This document shows positions 17,371 to 27,338 of a DNA stretch of 64,000 nt, one piece after another. Both the position numbers and the translations under genes were made by a program. The DNA is from an uncultured Gammaproteobacteria bacterium (lineage in GTDB: Bacteria > Patescibacteriota > Patescibacteriia > CAZGFX01). The notes below the pieces were generated by a model. That model had not been told where the DNA came from, searched no databases, and saw only the letters and a program-made list of their open reading frames with translations. The stretch lies in NCBI GenBank assembly GCA_964524845.1, contig CAZGFX010000001.1, positions 293,034-357,033 of the forward strand, read 5' to 3'. The first letter of the stretch is position 1. The number at the start of each line of letters is the position of its first letter.

Positions 17371-18102
17371 GCGAAGACAGGAGAGGGGTTGTCCTGAAAT
17401 ACATTTGAAAAATGTATTAAAGGATCTAAATGGTGTACCCGATGCAGAGTCTTGTCACAAATCCGCAGAAAGCGGAGAGAGGAGAGAGCTTGTCCCGAGA
17501 TGTGTTTTTAAACACATCGAGGGAACTATTCCATAACGTTAAACTTGAATGTAATTTCTTGGGTTTTAATAAGGGTATAAAGGATTCTCCTATTAATCCC
17601 AAGAGTATGGACTTAAGAGAAGTGGAAAAAATTCTTTATGCATCCATGCCTTCATCCACACTTGGTGGATATATGCACAAAGAAGTTTATATTCCCTCAA
17701 ATCCATACTTTCAGGGTCAATTGAGAAAGTTTTATTCTTTTTTAAATATTCAATATTTCAATCGTCATTTTAAGTATACTCTTCTTAGTTCATACTGTCA
17801 ATGGTCAGGTGTGAATAACATAGCGACACACCTTTATTTGGCTCAATATGGGCGTTATATTAATTTCATACCACTACTATGAAATATGAGTAATTCACAC
17901 TTTTTACACAGTTATCCACATGGGTGTTTAGCATATTATTGCAGGATGCATTATTATAAAAATACAACGAGTGTTCAAAGAGATATATTGATTTCTCTCA
18001 TGTCTCTTTAAGAACTCGTTGTAAAGGGATATTAAAATTATGGAATTCTAAGCTATGAATCAATGAATTTTTTCATTGATAAAAAGATTTGTTTCCAAAA
18101 TC

Positions 18103-18131
18103 AAAAAAGAAGGAATTATTCCTTCTTTTTT
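18103..18131. terminator. Bidirectional terminator, a perfect 29-bp palindrome aaaaaagaaggaattattccttctttttt.
   Basis: Palindrome with flanking T-runs on both strands. It overlaps the stop of the 18116 gene. Confidence 0.55.
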
Positions 18132-18898
18132 GATTTTTCAATAAACAGCAATAGTGAGTCCATGGTTTCCGCAAAAGCTTTGTTTTTAATTACTATCATA
18201 CTTCTTTTTGAGCTTGTTAGATCAGAGAGTACTACATAATCTTTTAAAATAGTAATATTTGTTGTTATATTGGGAAGCTCTGTATGATCAAAAAAAACTC
18301 CTTTTAACTCTTGAACTATTTTGTAATCACTGATATTTTTATTTTTGTCTTTAACATAAACTCCTTCTGTGACAATTCCTGATCGACCACGATCCTGCTG
18401 ATGTTGCTTCTGGCTTTTTATGTTTTTCTTAAACAAATCGAGATTTCCTAATACTTTTATAACTTTAGGGCGAGATGGTAAAATAACGTTTTTTCTAAAC
18501 TCTTCCATTTCGGAATCACTATTAATAACCGTCGTTACGAAATTATTCTGTGCGTAATCTCCCTGAAGCGATTTGAACACATCGTCTATGCGTTCTTTCT
18601 GCGCCTCGAGTTCGGTCGTTAATGAAACTATCTTCGTTTCGTGTTTTTTCTCAACATACTTCTTCAAAAATTCATATGGCGTCGTATAGTAATATCCGAT
18701 TTTTTTAATCCTTCGAATACCTATAATTCCGTTTTCAAGCATTTGCTTAAGCACCGTGGAAACTCGGTTTACTCCCACACCAAACGCTTCAGCAATCTCC
18801 GACTGCGCCTTCTCATTATTTTCGAGCAAATAAAAATATATTTTTGACTCTGTCTCCGTCAAACCTATTTCTTGCAGACTTTTTAAATTTACGGCCAT
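18116..18898 (-). CDS. TrmB-family transcriptional regulator (N-terminal winged HTH).
   Basis: N-terminus LQEIGLTETESKIYFYLLENNEKAQSEIAEAFGVGVNRVSTVLKQMLENGII matches the TrmB HTH domain. Confidence 0.6.
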   Translation of the reverse strand: MAVNLKSLQEIGLTETESKIYFYLLENNEKAQSEIAEAFGVGVNRVSTVLKQMLENGIIGIRRIKKIGYYYTTPYEFLKKYVEKKHETKIVSLTTELEAQKERIDDVFKSLQGDYAQNNFVTTVINSDSEMEEFRKNVILPSRPKVIKVLGNLDLFKKNIKSQKQHQQDRGRSGIVTEGVYVKDKNKNISDYKIVQELKGVFFDHTELPNITTNITILKDYVVLSDLTSSKRSMIVIKNKAFAETMDSLLLFIEKSKKKE

Positions 18899-19001
18899 AT
18901 GTGTTTTATATGTACTCTATTATACCATTTTTGATAAAAAATAATCTATTTTTTGTATGCTGATTTTTAACACTAGATAAACTATAAATAAGCCTTTTCA
19001 T

Positions 19002-20534
19002 TTATATAAATGTATCACTCCTTCTATATCTAAGTGCTTCTATAATGTGTTTTGATGAGATAGCACTATCGCTCTCTAGATCTGCGATTGTCCGCGCAAC
19101 TTTAATTACTTTATGATATGCGCGCATACTCAACCCTAACGATTTCACTGCATTATTCATAATTTTCTCCGATTCTGCGTCGAGCACGCACCATTTCCTA
19201 ACCTCACGCGAGTTCATTCCACCGTTCGTCCTCCCTACTCCAAGTCGTATGTGTTGAATATTTCGAGCAGTAACAATTCTATTTTTTATATCAAATGATG
19301 TTTCCTGAGACTTCTTTCCCATGTCGGAAAATGGCACGCGTGGCACATCAAGATACAAATCGATACGATCAAGTACTGGACCTGATATGCGTTTCTTGTA
19401 TCGTATAATATGATGTCTTGTGCATATGCATTTCTTTTCCGAATCACCAAGATATCCGCACGGACAAGGATTTGTCGCGGCAACAAGAATGAAATCAGCA
19501 GGAAATACGTAGCTCGCATTCGCCCTACTGATGACAACTTCGTGATCTTCGAGTGGTTGGCGAAGCATATCAATACTTCTTCTTGAAAACTCTCCACACT
19601 CATCAAGAAATAATACCCCTCGATGTGCGCGTGTTATTTCTCCGGGACGAGGAATACTTCCTCCTCCAATCAGACTAACATCAGACGAATTGTGATGCGG
19701 CGCGCGAAACGGACGCGTTTTCGCAAGAGTAGTAATCGTTCCAGAATACTCGGTAATACTCCTTATCTTGGTTACTTCCAGAGACTCTTCCTTGGTAAGA
19801 TCGGGTAAAATTGATGGGAGCGTCCTCGCAAGAAGTGTCTTCCCTGATCCCGGAGGTCCAGAAAGTAATATATTATGTCCTCCGGCCGCGACTATTTCTA
19901 ACGCGCGTTTCGCTTCTTCTTGTCCGCATACATCTGAAAAACATAAAAGCTCTTTTTCTTTTTGTATTTTTACTAATTCGTTTTTATTTTTCGAAAAATT
20001 ACGCGAGACAATCTCGTCACAATAATCATTATGAAAAGTTATCAAATCATTCAAATGAGCAATTCCTATTATCACAACACCTTCTATAAGACTCGCCTCA
20101 TGATAATTATCAACCGGTACAAAAACATATTTCATTCCCGTTTCGCGCGCCGCAATAACCGATGCTATCACCCCTCTCACTGGACAAACCCTCCCATCAA
20201 GTGTTAATTCACCTATGTATACACTTTTTTCAAATCCGGAGCGTAATTGCAACTCACCGCTTTCAACAAGTATCGCAAGTGCGATCGGAATATCAAAGCT
20301 CGTCCCTTCTTTTCTAATTGAGGCAGGAGAAAGATTCACAGTAATTTGTGTACGCGGATATTCAAGAACACTATTTGAAATTGCGCTTCGAATTCTCTCG
20401 CGCGCTTCTTGTACCGCAGTATCAGGAAGACCAACAACGATAAACTTAGGCAAGTTTCGACTTATAAAAGCCTGCACTTCGACTATCTTCGCATCAAGTC
20501 CATCGAGTGCGGTCGTATAAATAATGTTTTCCAT
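19002..20534 (-). CDS. comM: YifB/ComM family Mg-chelatase-like AAA+ ATPase.
   Basis: 510 aa. N-terminal ChlI-like domain, Walker A GPPGSGKT, Walker B VLFLDE, C-terminal Mg_chelatase_C domain. Confidence 0.9.
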   Translation of the reverse strand: MENIIYTTALDGLDAKIVEVQAFISRNLPKFIVVGLPDTAVQEARERIRSAISNSVLEYPRTQITVNLSPASIRKEGTSFDIPIALAILVESGELQLRSGFEKSVYIGELTLDGRVCPVRGVIASVIAARETGMKYVFVPVDNYHEASLIEGVVIIGIAHLNDLITFHNDYCDEIVSRNFSKNKNELVKIQKEKELLCFSDVCGQEEAKRALEIVAAGGHNILLSGPPGSGKTLLARTLPSILPDLTKEESLEVTKIRSITEYSGTITTLAKTRPFRAPHHNSSDVSLIGGGSIPRPGEITRAHRGVLFLDECGEFSRRSIDMLRQPLEDHEVVISRANASYVFPADFILVAATNPCPCGYLGDSEKKCICTRHHIIRYKKRISGPVLDRIDLYLDVPRVPFSDMGKKSQETSFDIKNRIVTARNIQHIRLGVGRTNGGMNSREVRKWCVLDAESEKIMNNAVKSLGLSMRAYHKVIKVARTIADLESDSAISSKHIIEALRYRRSDTFI

Positions 20535-20624
20535 AAAAAAACACGAGTCCGAAAAATCAGATGTCGTGTTTTGCTACGCACACTTTATAATTAAACAAGT
20601 AAATTGTCAAACAGTGTATGGTGT

Positions 20625-20670
20625 TTGTATAAAAAAACAAAACACCGTCCAGCATAGCGGGACAGTGTTT
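20625..20670 (-). terminator. Terminator 3' of tRNA-His (AACACTGTCC-loop-GGACGGTGTT then TTTTGTTTTTTTATAC on the minus strand).
   Basis: About 10-bp stem with a long T-run on the minus strand. Confidence 0.6.
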
Positions 20671-20672
20671 CG

Positions 20673-20750
20673 TGGGGTGATCAACGGGGCTCGAACCCGC
20701 AACCTTCGGGACCACAACCCGATGCTCTAACCAATTGAGCTATGACCACC
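20673..20750 (-). tRNA. tRNA-His (anticodon GTG), with encoded G-1, C73 and CCA.
   Basis: rc reads G-GTGGTCA-TA-GCTC-AATTGGTTA-GAGC-A-TCGGG-TTGTGGT-CCCGA-AGGTT-GCGGG-TTCGAGC-CCCGT-TGATCAC-C-CCA. Confidence 0.85.
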
Positions 20751-21016
20751 ATGAAAAGTAATTTTATACGAGGAAATTATATCATATAACACTAACGCAG
20801 ATAGCTCGGTAACCCGCCCCGCAGATCGAACGAAAGTGAGATTGTGCGGGGAGCTATGACCACCATGAATAACTATGTGGAAACGAATTAATTATATCGA
20901 AATGATATAACATGGATAACTCGGTAACCCGCTCCGTCACGTCATTCGCGAACGGCGTGACCCGCGTAATTGAGCGAAGCGATGGATTTTGGTGGCTCCG
21001 CCACGAGCGAAGCGAG
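20751..21016. repeat. Two tRNA 5'-flank modules between tRNA-His and tRNA-Arg. Module 1 is a spacer, H-a (20808..20853) and the copy ctatgaccaccatg (20854..20867). Module 2 is a spacer and an H-a variant interrupted by the 26-bp palindrome gtcacgtcattcgcgaacggcgtgac (20936..20961), running into the tRNA-Arg 3' flank (gagcgaagcga-motif repeats).
   Basis: Direct sequence comparison with the modules at 9445, 11205 and 21093. The palindrome again sits after ggtaacccgc(t)ccg. Confidence 0.8.
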
Positions 21017-21092
21017 TGGCGCGCCGGGCAGGAATCGAACCTGCGACCTACTGCTTAGAAGGCAGTTGCTCTATCCACTGAGCTACCAGCGC
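21017..21092 (-). tRNA. tRNA-Arg (anticodon TCT), CCA encoded.
   Basis: rc reads GCGCTGG-TA-GCTC-AGTGGATA-GAGC-A-ACTGC-CTTCTAA-GCAGT-AGGTC-GCAGG-TTCGATT-CCTGC-CCGGCGC-G-CCA. Confidence 0.85.
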
Positions 21093-21243
21093 ATGAGAAG
21101 ATGTTTTCTAAATGATAAGTTACTTAATATCGGAGAAAACCACAATGGCTCGGCAACCCGCCCCGCGTAATTGAGCGAAGCGAAATGTTGCGGGGAGCCT
21201 TGCCCCGTAACACGCCGAAGGTGTGTGTACGAGGTACCAGCGC
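21093..21243. repeat. tRNA-Arg 5'-flank module: spacer, H-a variant ggcaacccgccccgc-gtaattgagcgaagcgaaatgtt-gcggggag (21152..21197), a 35-bp extra GC segment, then the copy gtaccagcgca.
   Basis: Same spacer/hairpin/tRNA-5'-copy architecture. The loop shares gagcgaagcga with sequence on the 3' side of tRNA-Arg. Confidence 0.75.
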
Positions 21244-21399
21244 ACAAGAATACAATTTCTAAATGACTGTGAAAAACACACGCATCATACATAAAAAAAA
21301 CAGATTAGTCAACGATATGTGTTTTTATTTTTAAGCTAATTTTAGACATCAAGCGGTGTTATCTTGTGACATAATCTATTAAAAAATATCATATCAAAA

Positions 21400-21831
21400 T
21401 CAGTTTTTTCTCAAAACTTTTTTAACATCAGTTATTGTTTTTTTGATTTGAGAATCTGTCATAACCAGTCTCTGCTTGTTTTTATGATCGAGATCTCCTA
21501 TACGATGATTTGGAATAATATGATAATGCATATGCGGTATGCTTTTAGCGCCATTTGTTCCTTCTCTAATAAGAATTGAATAATTGGAATAACCGAGACC
21601 TTCCATAATTTTTGCACCTCTAATAATTAAATTTTGTATTGCTCTGTTCTCGGTTGAAGTTAGTTTGAGAAATGACACAACGTGTCGTTTTGGTATAACA
21701 AGAAGATGATGACGATGATACGGTGCTATGGCATACGTAAGCATGGCTAATTTGTTTTCAATAATAAACCTTCCAACACTATTACAAAACGGACATCCTT
21801 TTATCTTTTTTCTATAAACACTATATAACAT
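21400..21831 (-). CDS. HIT (histidine triad) family hydrolase.
   Basis: 143 aa. HxHxHxx motif IPHMHYHIIP. Confidence 0.8.
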   Translation of the reverse strand: MLYSVYRKKIKGCPFCNSVGRFIIENKLAMLTYAIAPYHRHHLLVIPKRHVVSFLKLTSTENRAIQNLIIRGAKIMEGLGYSNYSILIREGTNGAKSIPHMHYHIIPNHRIGDLDHKNKQRLVMTDSQIKKTITDVKKVLRKN

Positions 21832-22004
21832 GATATTTATATAACATATTCAGTATAACGTATTAAGCTTAAGTTAAAAAGAAGTGTCAATAATATCACT
21901 ATCTTAACAAATGAAAAACCAGCAAGAAAGAGCCATTTTCTTTGAAGAAATAACTAAATTATGTTAGAATTAATAAGTATTTATGGGTAAAATATCAAAA
22001 ATAA

Positions 22005-24848
22005 ATGAATTTAAAATTACTTAAATTTTTATTTTGTTCTGCACTTATTGTTTTTTCAATTTGTTTATTTTCTCGTGTTTCAAATGCGGCTCCTGTCACG
22101 GTTGCCGCATTTGAATTAAATGGACTAATAGGAGATGAGGCAACTGTAACAGCAACGACGAACGATACTAATGTTTATACAGCAATACTATCCAGAGGTT
22201 CGGGCATTAATCCTTCGGTTCTTAACAATGCATTTTCATCAACCGCTTTCGTTGTCGGAGGAACAAAAACAGATGCGATAAGTAATAATGAATATTATCA
22301 GTTTGAACTCGAGACAAAATCGAAATATAAACTTTCTCTAAATTATATAAATCTTAATTTAAGAAGAAGTCCAACAGGCCCAAACGCATACCAATGGCAA
22401 TATAGTTTAGATGGTTTTGCTACTGCTGGAACAGACGTTGGCGCAGAAGGCTCTTATACAGGGACAGAAAACGCCGGTCTTGCTATGCCACAGGTTGTTC
22501 TTTCAGGAATTCCTTCTCTACAAAACCTCGAATCAGGTACAAGAGTTACGTTTAGATTATATGCATGGGGATCTACAAACTCAAGCGGAACACTAGGAAT
22601 AGGACGCTTGGCTGGAAATGATCTTTTAATTAATGGCAGTGTTGATTTAATTCTTGCTGCTGGTTTTGATCCAAATGGGCTACTCGGAAACGAAGCAACA
22701 TTCAATTCAACAACAACTCATGTTCGTCTAAACACATCAACTTTATCACGCGGAGTCGGAATAAATCCATCCGCTCTTGCAAATGCTTTTTCTGCAACTA
22801 CTTTCGTTGTTGGCGGAACAAAAGCAGATGCCATAAGTAATAATGAGTATTTTCAAGTTCAAATAGAGGCAAACACTGGGTATAATGTTTCTCTTAATTA
22901 CATTTTTTTTAATTTACGTCGAAGTGCCACAGGACCGAACGCATACCAATGGCAATATAGTCTTGATGGTTTTTCAACGTCCGGAACAGATGTAGGAGAT
23001 GAGGGATTATATACGGGAACAGGTACGAACGGGCTCGCGATGCCACAAATTAATTTATCTACTGTACCAGCATTACAAGGTGTAAAATCAGGAAATATAA
23101 TAACACTTAGACTTTATGCATGGGGAGCTACAAATGCAGGAGGTACTTTAGCAATTGGCAGATTAACCGGAGACGATTTGGATATATACGGATCATTTGC
23201 ATTAAATAATTATACATTAACTTACACGGCAGGAGTAAATGGATCTATTGTTGGTGTTTCGCCACAAACAGTTAATCATGGTAGTGATGGAAGCACTGTA
23301 ACTGCCTCTCCTAATCCTGGATATCATTTTGTTAACTGGAGCGATACATCAACTGCAAACCCAAGAACAGACACTAATGTAACAGGAAATATCTCAGTCA
23401 CAGCGAACTTTGCAATTAACACATATACATTAACTTACACGGCAGGAGTAAATGGATCTATTGTTGGTGTTTCGCCACAAACAGTTAATCATGGTAGTGA
23501 TGGAAGCACTGTAACTGCCTCTCCTAATCCTGGATATCATTTTGTTAACTGGAGCGATACATCAACTGCAAACCCAAGAACAGACACTAATGTAACAGGA
23601 AATATCTCAGTCACAGCGAACTTTGCAATTAACACATATACACTCACCTACACAGCAGGAGTCGGTGGATCAATAACAGGCATGTCCTCTCAAACAGTAA
23701 GTCATGGTAATGATGGTTCCGCAGTTACGGCAACTCCGAACGCCGGATACTCTTTTGTTGACTGGGATGATGGATTAAGAACTAGCACCAGAACTGACAC
23801 GAACATAACAGGAAACAAATCGGTTATAGCTACATTTCAGGTAGATAGACAATCGTCTTCATCCAGTGGCGGAGGAAGTTCAGCTGTATATTCTCCTCCG
23901 GGGTCTGGAACAGGATCTACGGATCGCATCATTCCAATGGATGAAACAAGAGATGTAAGGAACATAGAAACAGACGGAATAAATATTCTTGGTTATATAG
24001 GATCAAAGGCTGTTTTTGAAACAATAGAAAGTAAATCTTTTATAAACGGAAAACACTCGATAACAATTACAAATGTGGATCTTTTTAATAATATAGTTGT
24101 TATTCGCGTAGAATCGACTCCTCAGATAATAAGTCTAAAATTGAAAGAGTTGGCGTATGTTGATTTGGACGATGATCTTGTGCCTGATATATCAATTCAA
24201 TTTAATTCCATATATGTTAATCGAGTCGAACTTACAACAAAATCAATTGTGACTAAAAAAACTGGCGTCGCAACAACAAACCAAGAGATAACACAAACAA
24301 CAAGCAACTTACAAGCTTCTTGCAAACTTATATTTACACGAGATATTAAATCAGGCGCAACAGGAGACGATGTTAAAGAACTTCAAAAATACCTAAACTC
24401 AAAGGGCTTTATTATCACTGAAAAAGGTCCGGGAGCTCCCGGCAATGAGACTACGAAGTTTGGACGATTAACATACAACGCGCTTATCAAGTTTCAGAAA
24501 GCGAATAATATATCACCAATATCTGGAGTGCTTGATAGTACGACTAAAAAATATATAAAGTGCTCAGATGATAAACAAACAGAAACCGCGCCAAAACAAT
24601 CCACTTCGATAAAATTCACTCGCGATCTCAAACCTGGCATGACAGGAGATGATGTTAAAGAATTGCAAAAATATCTCAATACAAATAGCTTTATAATAAC
24701 GGACAAAGGTCCGGGAGCTCCCGGCAATGAGACTACGAAGTTTGGGCGATTAACATACAACGCACTTATCAAGTTTCAGAAAGCAAATAATATAACTCCT
24801 GCGAATGGATATCTGGATTCAACAACAAGAGAATTGCTGAATAAATAA
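22005..24848 (+). CDS. Large cell-surface protein. It has a signal peptide, 2 copies of a ~190-aa N-terminal domain, 3 Listeria-Bacteroides-type repeats (YTLTYTAGVNGSIVGVSPQTV...), a Ser/Gly linker and 2 C-terminal peptidoglycan-binding (PG_binding_1) domains.
   Basis: 947 aa. Internal repeats are visible in the protein. The C-terminal repeats (GATGDDVKELQKYLNSKGF...GNETTKFGRLTYNALIKFQKANNI) match the PGBD consensus. Confidence 0.7.
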   Translation: MNLKLLKFLFCSALIVFSICLFSRVSNAAPVTVAAFELNGLIGDEATVTATTNDTNVYTAILSRGSGINPSVLNNAFSSTAFVVGGTKTDAISNNEYYQFELETKSKYKLSLNYINLNLRRSPTGPNAYQWQYSLDGFATAGTDVGAEGSYTGTENAGLAMPQVVLSGIPSLQNLESGTRVTFRLYAWGSTNSSGTLGIGRLAGNDLLINGSVDLILAAGFDPNGLLGNEATFNSTTTHVRLNTSTLSRGVGINPSALANAFSATTFVVGGTKADAISNNEYFQVQIEANTGYNVSLNYIFFNLRRSATGPNAYQWQYSLDGFSTSGTDVGDEGLYTGTGTNGLAMPQINLSTVPALQGVKSGNIITLRLYAWGATNAGGTLAIGRLTGDDLDIYGSFALNNYTLTYTAGVNGSIVGVSPQTVNHGSDGSTVTASPNPGYHFVNWSDTSTANPRTDTNVTGNISVTANFAINTYTLTYTAGVNGSIVGVSPQTVNHGSDGSTVTASPNPGYHFVNWSDTSTANPRTDTNVTGNISVTANFAINTYTLTYTAGVGGSITGMSSQTVSHGNDGSAVTATPNAGYSFVDWDDGLRTSTRTDTNITGNKSVIATFQVDRQSSSSSGGGSSAVYSPPGSGTGSTDRIIPMDETRDVRNIETDGINILGYIGSKAVFETIESKSFINGKHSITITNVDLFNNIVVIRVESTPQIISLKLKELAYVDLDDDLVPDISIQFNSIYVNRVELTTKSIVTKKTGVATTNQEITQTTSNLQASCKLIFTRDIKSGATGDDVKELQKYLNSKGFIITEKGPGAPGNETTKFGRLTYNALIKFQKANNISPISGVLDSTTKKYIKCSDDKQTETAPKQSTSIKFTRDLKPGMTGDDVKELQKYLNTNSFIITDKGPGAPGNETTKFGRLTYNALIKFQKANNITPANGYLDSTTRELLNK
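23206..23836 (+). repeat. Three tandem ~210-bp intragenic DNA repeats, the first two nearly identical, encoding the Listeria-Bacteroides repeat domains.
   Basis: Direct repeats begin at 23206, 23416 and 23626. Units 1 and 2 are almost 100% identical at the DNA level. Confidence 0.85.
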
Positions 24849-24943
24849 GAATGGATTAAATAAAATCACCTCTCTAAAAAAGAGGTGTTTTTTTGTATAA
24901 AAAAATCACCCCTCCGTTGGCGAGATGATTGTTTGATACATAC

Positions 24944-25534
24944 TTATTTTGGTATTATATAACCCTGCTCTTCTAATAAAATCTTTTTAGCCACTTCTGA
25001 TAAACTGACTTCGACTCCTAGCACGGACTGTTTAGTCTCCGATTTTTGTAGATTCGTGATATCAATCCGTACATCGAACCCAGCATGCGAAATACAAAAG
25101 TGATTTCCAAATCGAAAAATAACTTTTTCTGACAGGATGGACGCTTCCATAAAACTAACAATCCATTTTTCTACTCTTGCTCTTGCTCCCTCGACTGACA
25201 TCGTGCAAGAAATTGAATCACAATGCTCTAAAATTGTTTCTTCGGGTAGCGCGGCCGAGTGTGAAATTGTTCTTATGTTTTGTAAAATAATTACTGATGG
25301 ACACTCAGATGGACGGATAACTTCGAGGCGGAACGGATACTGAGTGCTTTCATTACCACCAATTAACGTAAATGAGTCAGTTAAAATTTCGGTTATTCTT
25401 TTCAAGTCAGAAAACATCTTTTCGATATATCTTGCGCGTTTTTCAATTGGAATTCCTGTAATTTGTTCCGAATTTTTCCCCATTTCCCACCCAATGGCAA
25501 ACTGACAAACTACCTTTATAAAATGGTTTTTCAT
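24944..25534 (-). CDS. Hypothetical protein.
   Basis: 196-aa ORF with no recognisable motif. Confidence 0.5.
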   Translation of the reverse strand: MKNHFIKVVCQFAIGWEMGKNSEQITGIPIEKRARYIEKMFSDLKRITEILTDSFTLIGGNESTQYPFRLEVIRPSECPSVIILQNIRTISHSAALPEETILEHCDSISCTMSVEGARARVEKWIVSFMEASILSEKVIFRFGNHFCISHAGFDVRIDITNLQKSETKQSVLGVEVSLSEVAKKILLEEQGYIIPK

Positions 25535-25860
25535 ATCACGCCTCTTTCGTGTGTTGGTACTCTGTGAATTGTTTAAAAAGATGGCTTATTTACAGTATTT
25601 TAAAGTGTTTTTTACATGGTACTCTTCACTTTTGTTGTTGTCAAACATGTATATATACGCTATACTATGGTTCGTAAGGGCTATGTTAGGGACATAAATG
25701 TGTAACATTTTTGCCTGTCATACGTCTTTATAAGTAGAGGTGCAAACCTCGAAAAGCAATTTAATTATTGCGATCCCGCGAGGTACAACGCGAGAAAGTA
25801 ATAATGAAGGGAAAAGACATACAAACCTCCGCCCTACGCGGGGGTTTTATGTTTGTATAT

Positions 25861-25893
25861 AAAAAACACTTCTTATCAAAAAGAAGTGTTTAA
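25861..25893 (-). terminator. Hairpin terminator (AACACTTCTT-loop-AAGAAGTGTT) downstream of the 26013 gene on the minus strand.
   Basis: 10-bp stem followed by TTTTTT on the minus strand. Confidence 0.5.
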
Positions 25894-26012
25894 TTATATT
25901 AACTGATATTTTATTTCTAATCGGATATTTCTTGATATAAAGGAAAGTCTATTCTAATCGTCGTTCCTTTGTTCTCTTCACTCTCAATGTTTAATAATCC
26001 TGTTTTAATCTA

Positions 26013-26765
26013 TTATCTTATTTTAGAAATAATATCATTCAATGAATTCGCATTTACCCACATCGTGACAAGACTTCCCGTCTCATCAACCTGAACGAAT
26101 GTATGGTGGTGCAAAACCCCATATCTTTTTCTCATGTCCTGATAATTATCATACTCAAGTTTGAGTATTGCTATGTTTTTCGGAGCACTTCCTATGTTTG
26201 CTGAAATATCAGAATCAATTCCACTGCATATCGAGCACGAGTGATCGCTAAAAAACAAAACCACTTTTCCTCCGTTCTTTGCAAGAGCGAAATCTCCGGA
26301 TGCATATGTTCTGTATATTGCTTTGGTAAGAGTCGTGGAAGTTGTTTTCTTCGTTGTGTTTGTGTCTTTTGTTGACGGAGTTGTTTCTTTCGTTGATTTG
26401 GTTTCTGTTTTTGGTGTAGCTTTTACAACAGATGAGGAAACGACGATCTTGTCGCCTTCTTGAAGAGTTCTTGATGTACCATCGCCCAACAAAACTTTTC
26501 CGTCAGGAAATATTTTTACACCATCAGCAAGAACGGTTTCTTTTTCTAATATGGTTTCTGTTCCTGTTGTCTTTATAGAAAATACTTTTCCCTCCTTCAT
26601 TACAAACTCCTTTATTAAATCAGAACTGCCATCTTTCGTAATTACAGCCACATCATTAGAATCTACATCGTTTTTTCCTTCTTGTGAATCCTTAGAACCA
26701 CACGCTGTAAACAAAAACAACATGCTTATACCAACGCACAAAACAAAAAGTTTTTTCATATTCAT
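26013..26765 (-). CDS. Lipoprotein with a C-terminal thioredoxin-like domain (CSIC active-site motif).
   Basis: Signal peptide with LFTAC lipobox, a Thr/Lys-rich linker, then VVLFFSDHSCSICSG...KRYGV, thioredoxin-fold-like. Confidence 0.55.
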   Translation of the reverse strand: MNMKKLFVLCVGISMLFLFTACGSKDSQEGKNDVDSNDVAVITKDGSSDLIKEFVMKEGKVFSIKTTGTETILEKETVLADGVKIFPDGKVLLGDGTSRTLQEGDKIVVSSSVVKATPKTETKSTKETTPSTKDTNTTKKTTSTTLTKAIYRTYASGDFALAKNGGKVVLFFSDHSCSICSGIDSDISANIGSAPKNIAILKLEYDNYQDMRKRYGVLHHHTFVQVDETGSLVTMWVNANSLNDIISKIR

Positions 26766-26899
26766 ATTGGTTATTATGTCGATATAATACCTTTTTATAA
26801 TAGATTTTTGAAGTTTTTATCCCCTTCTTTTGAATACGTGTTTACTATTTTTTTTATCTGTGTAATAAATATAATGAAAATTACTTAATATTATATAAA

Positions 26900-27181
26900 T
26901 TGACCCTTAAAAAATCAAAACAGGAGTATGTTATGAATATTGATGCAACGACAATCATTATTTTTGCATACGCGCTTGGAGCGTGTTGCACGTTGTTCAT
27001 CTTTTGGTTTCTAAATAGCAATTCTGAACCAAAAACAAGTCAGATCATTATCGGAATCATTACCATTCTATGGCCCACCGTTCTCTGTGCCGGAATTGTA
27101 GCGTGTGTCATATTTTTTGTTATTCTTCCATTTATAGACGTAAGCAGAAAATATCCACCAAACATTTCTAAAAACACATAA
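26900..27181 (+). CDS. Hypothetical small membrane protein.
   Basis: 93 aa, 2 TM helices. Confidence 0.4.
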   Translation: MTLKKSKQEYVMNIDATTIIIFAYALGACCTLFIFWFLNSNSEPKTSQIIIGIITILWPTVLCAGIVACVIFFVILPFIDVSRKYPPNISKNT

Positions 27182-27338
27182 TTACAGCAATAAACGCGGC
27201 GAACAAAAATAAAGAGCTTCCATATAAAAGCTCTTTTTATTTTCTTGGTTTTTTTGTGCGTGTATAACTTTCTGGATTTTTTAACTAAAATCACATACCA
27301 TAGAAACACTGTTTTTAAAATAATAAATTATTACGATA

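Noticed and set aside
17430-17882. 150-aa ORF in the hup downstream intergenic region.
   Set aside because: It overlaps another ORF in a different frame, has no RBS or motif, and begins inside a GC-rich repeat cluster. I kept it only as a possibility under the ncRNA/decayed-region finding.
20673-21092. Classical tRNA-integrated genomic island with an integrase.
   Set aside because: No integrase, excisionase or phage genes flank any of the tRNA loci. The duplicated segments bound only 100-bp units.
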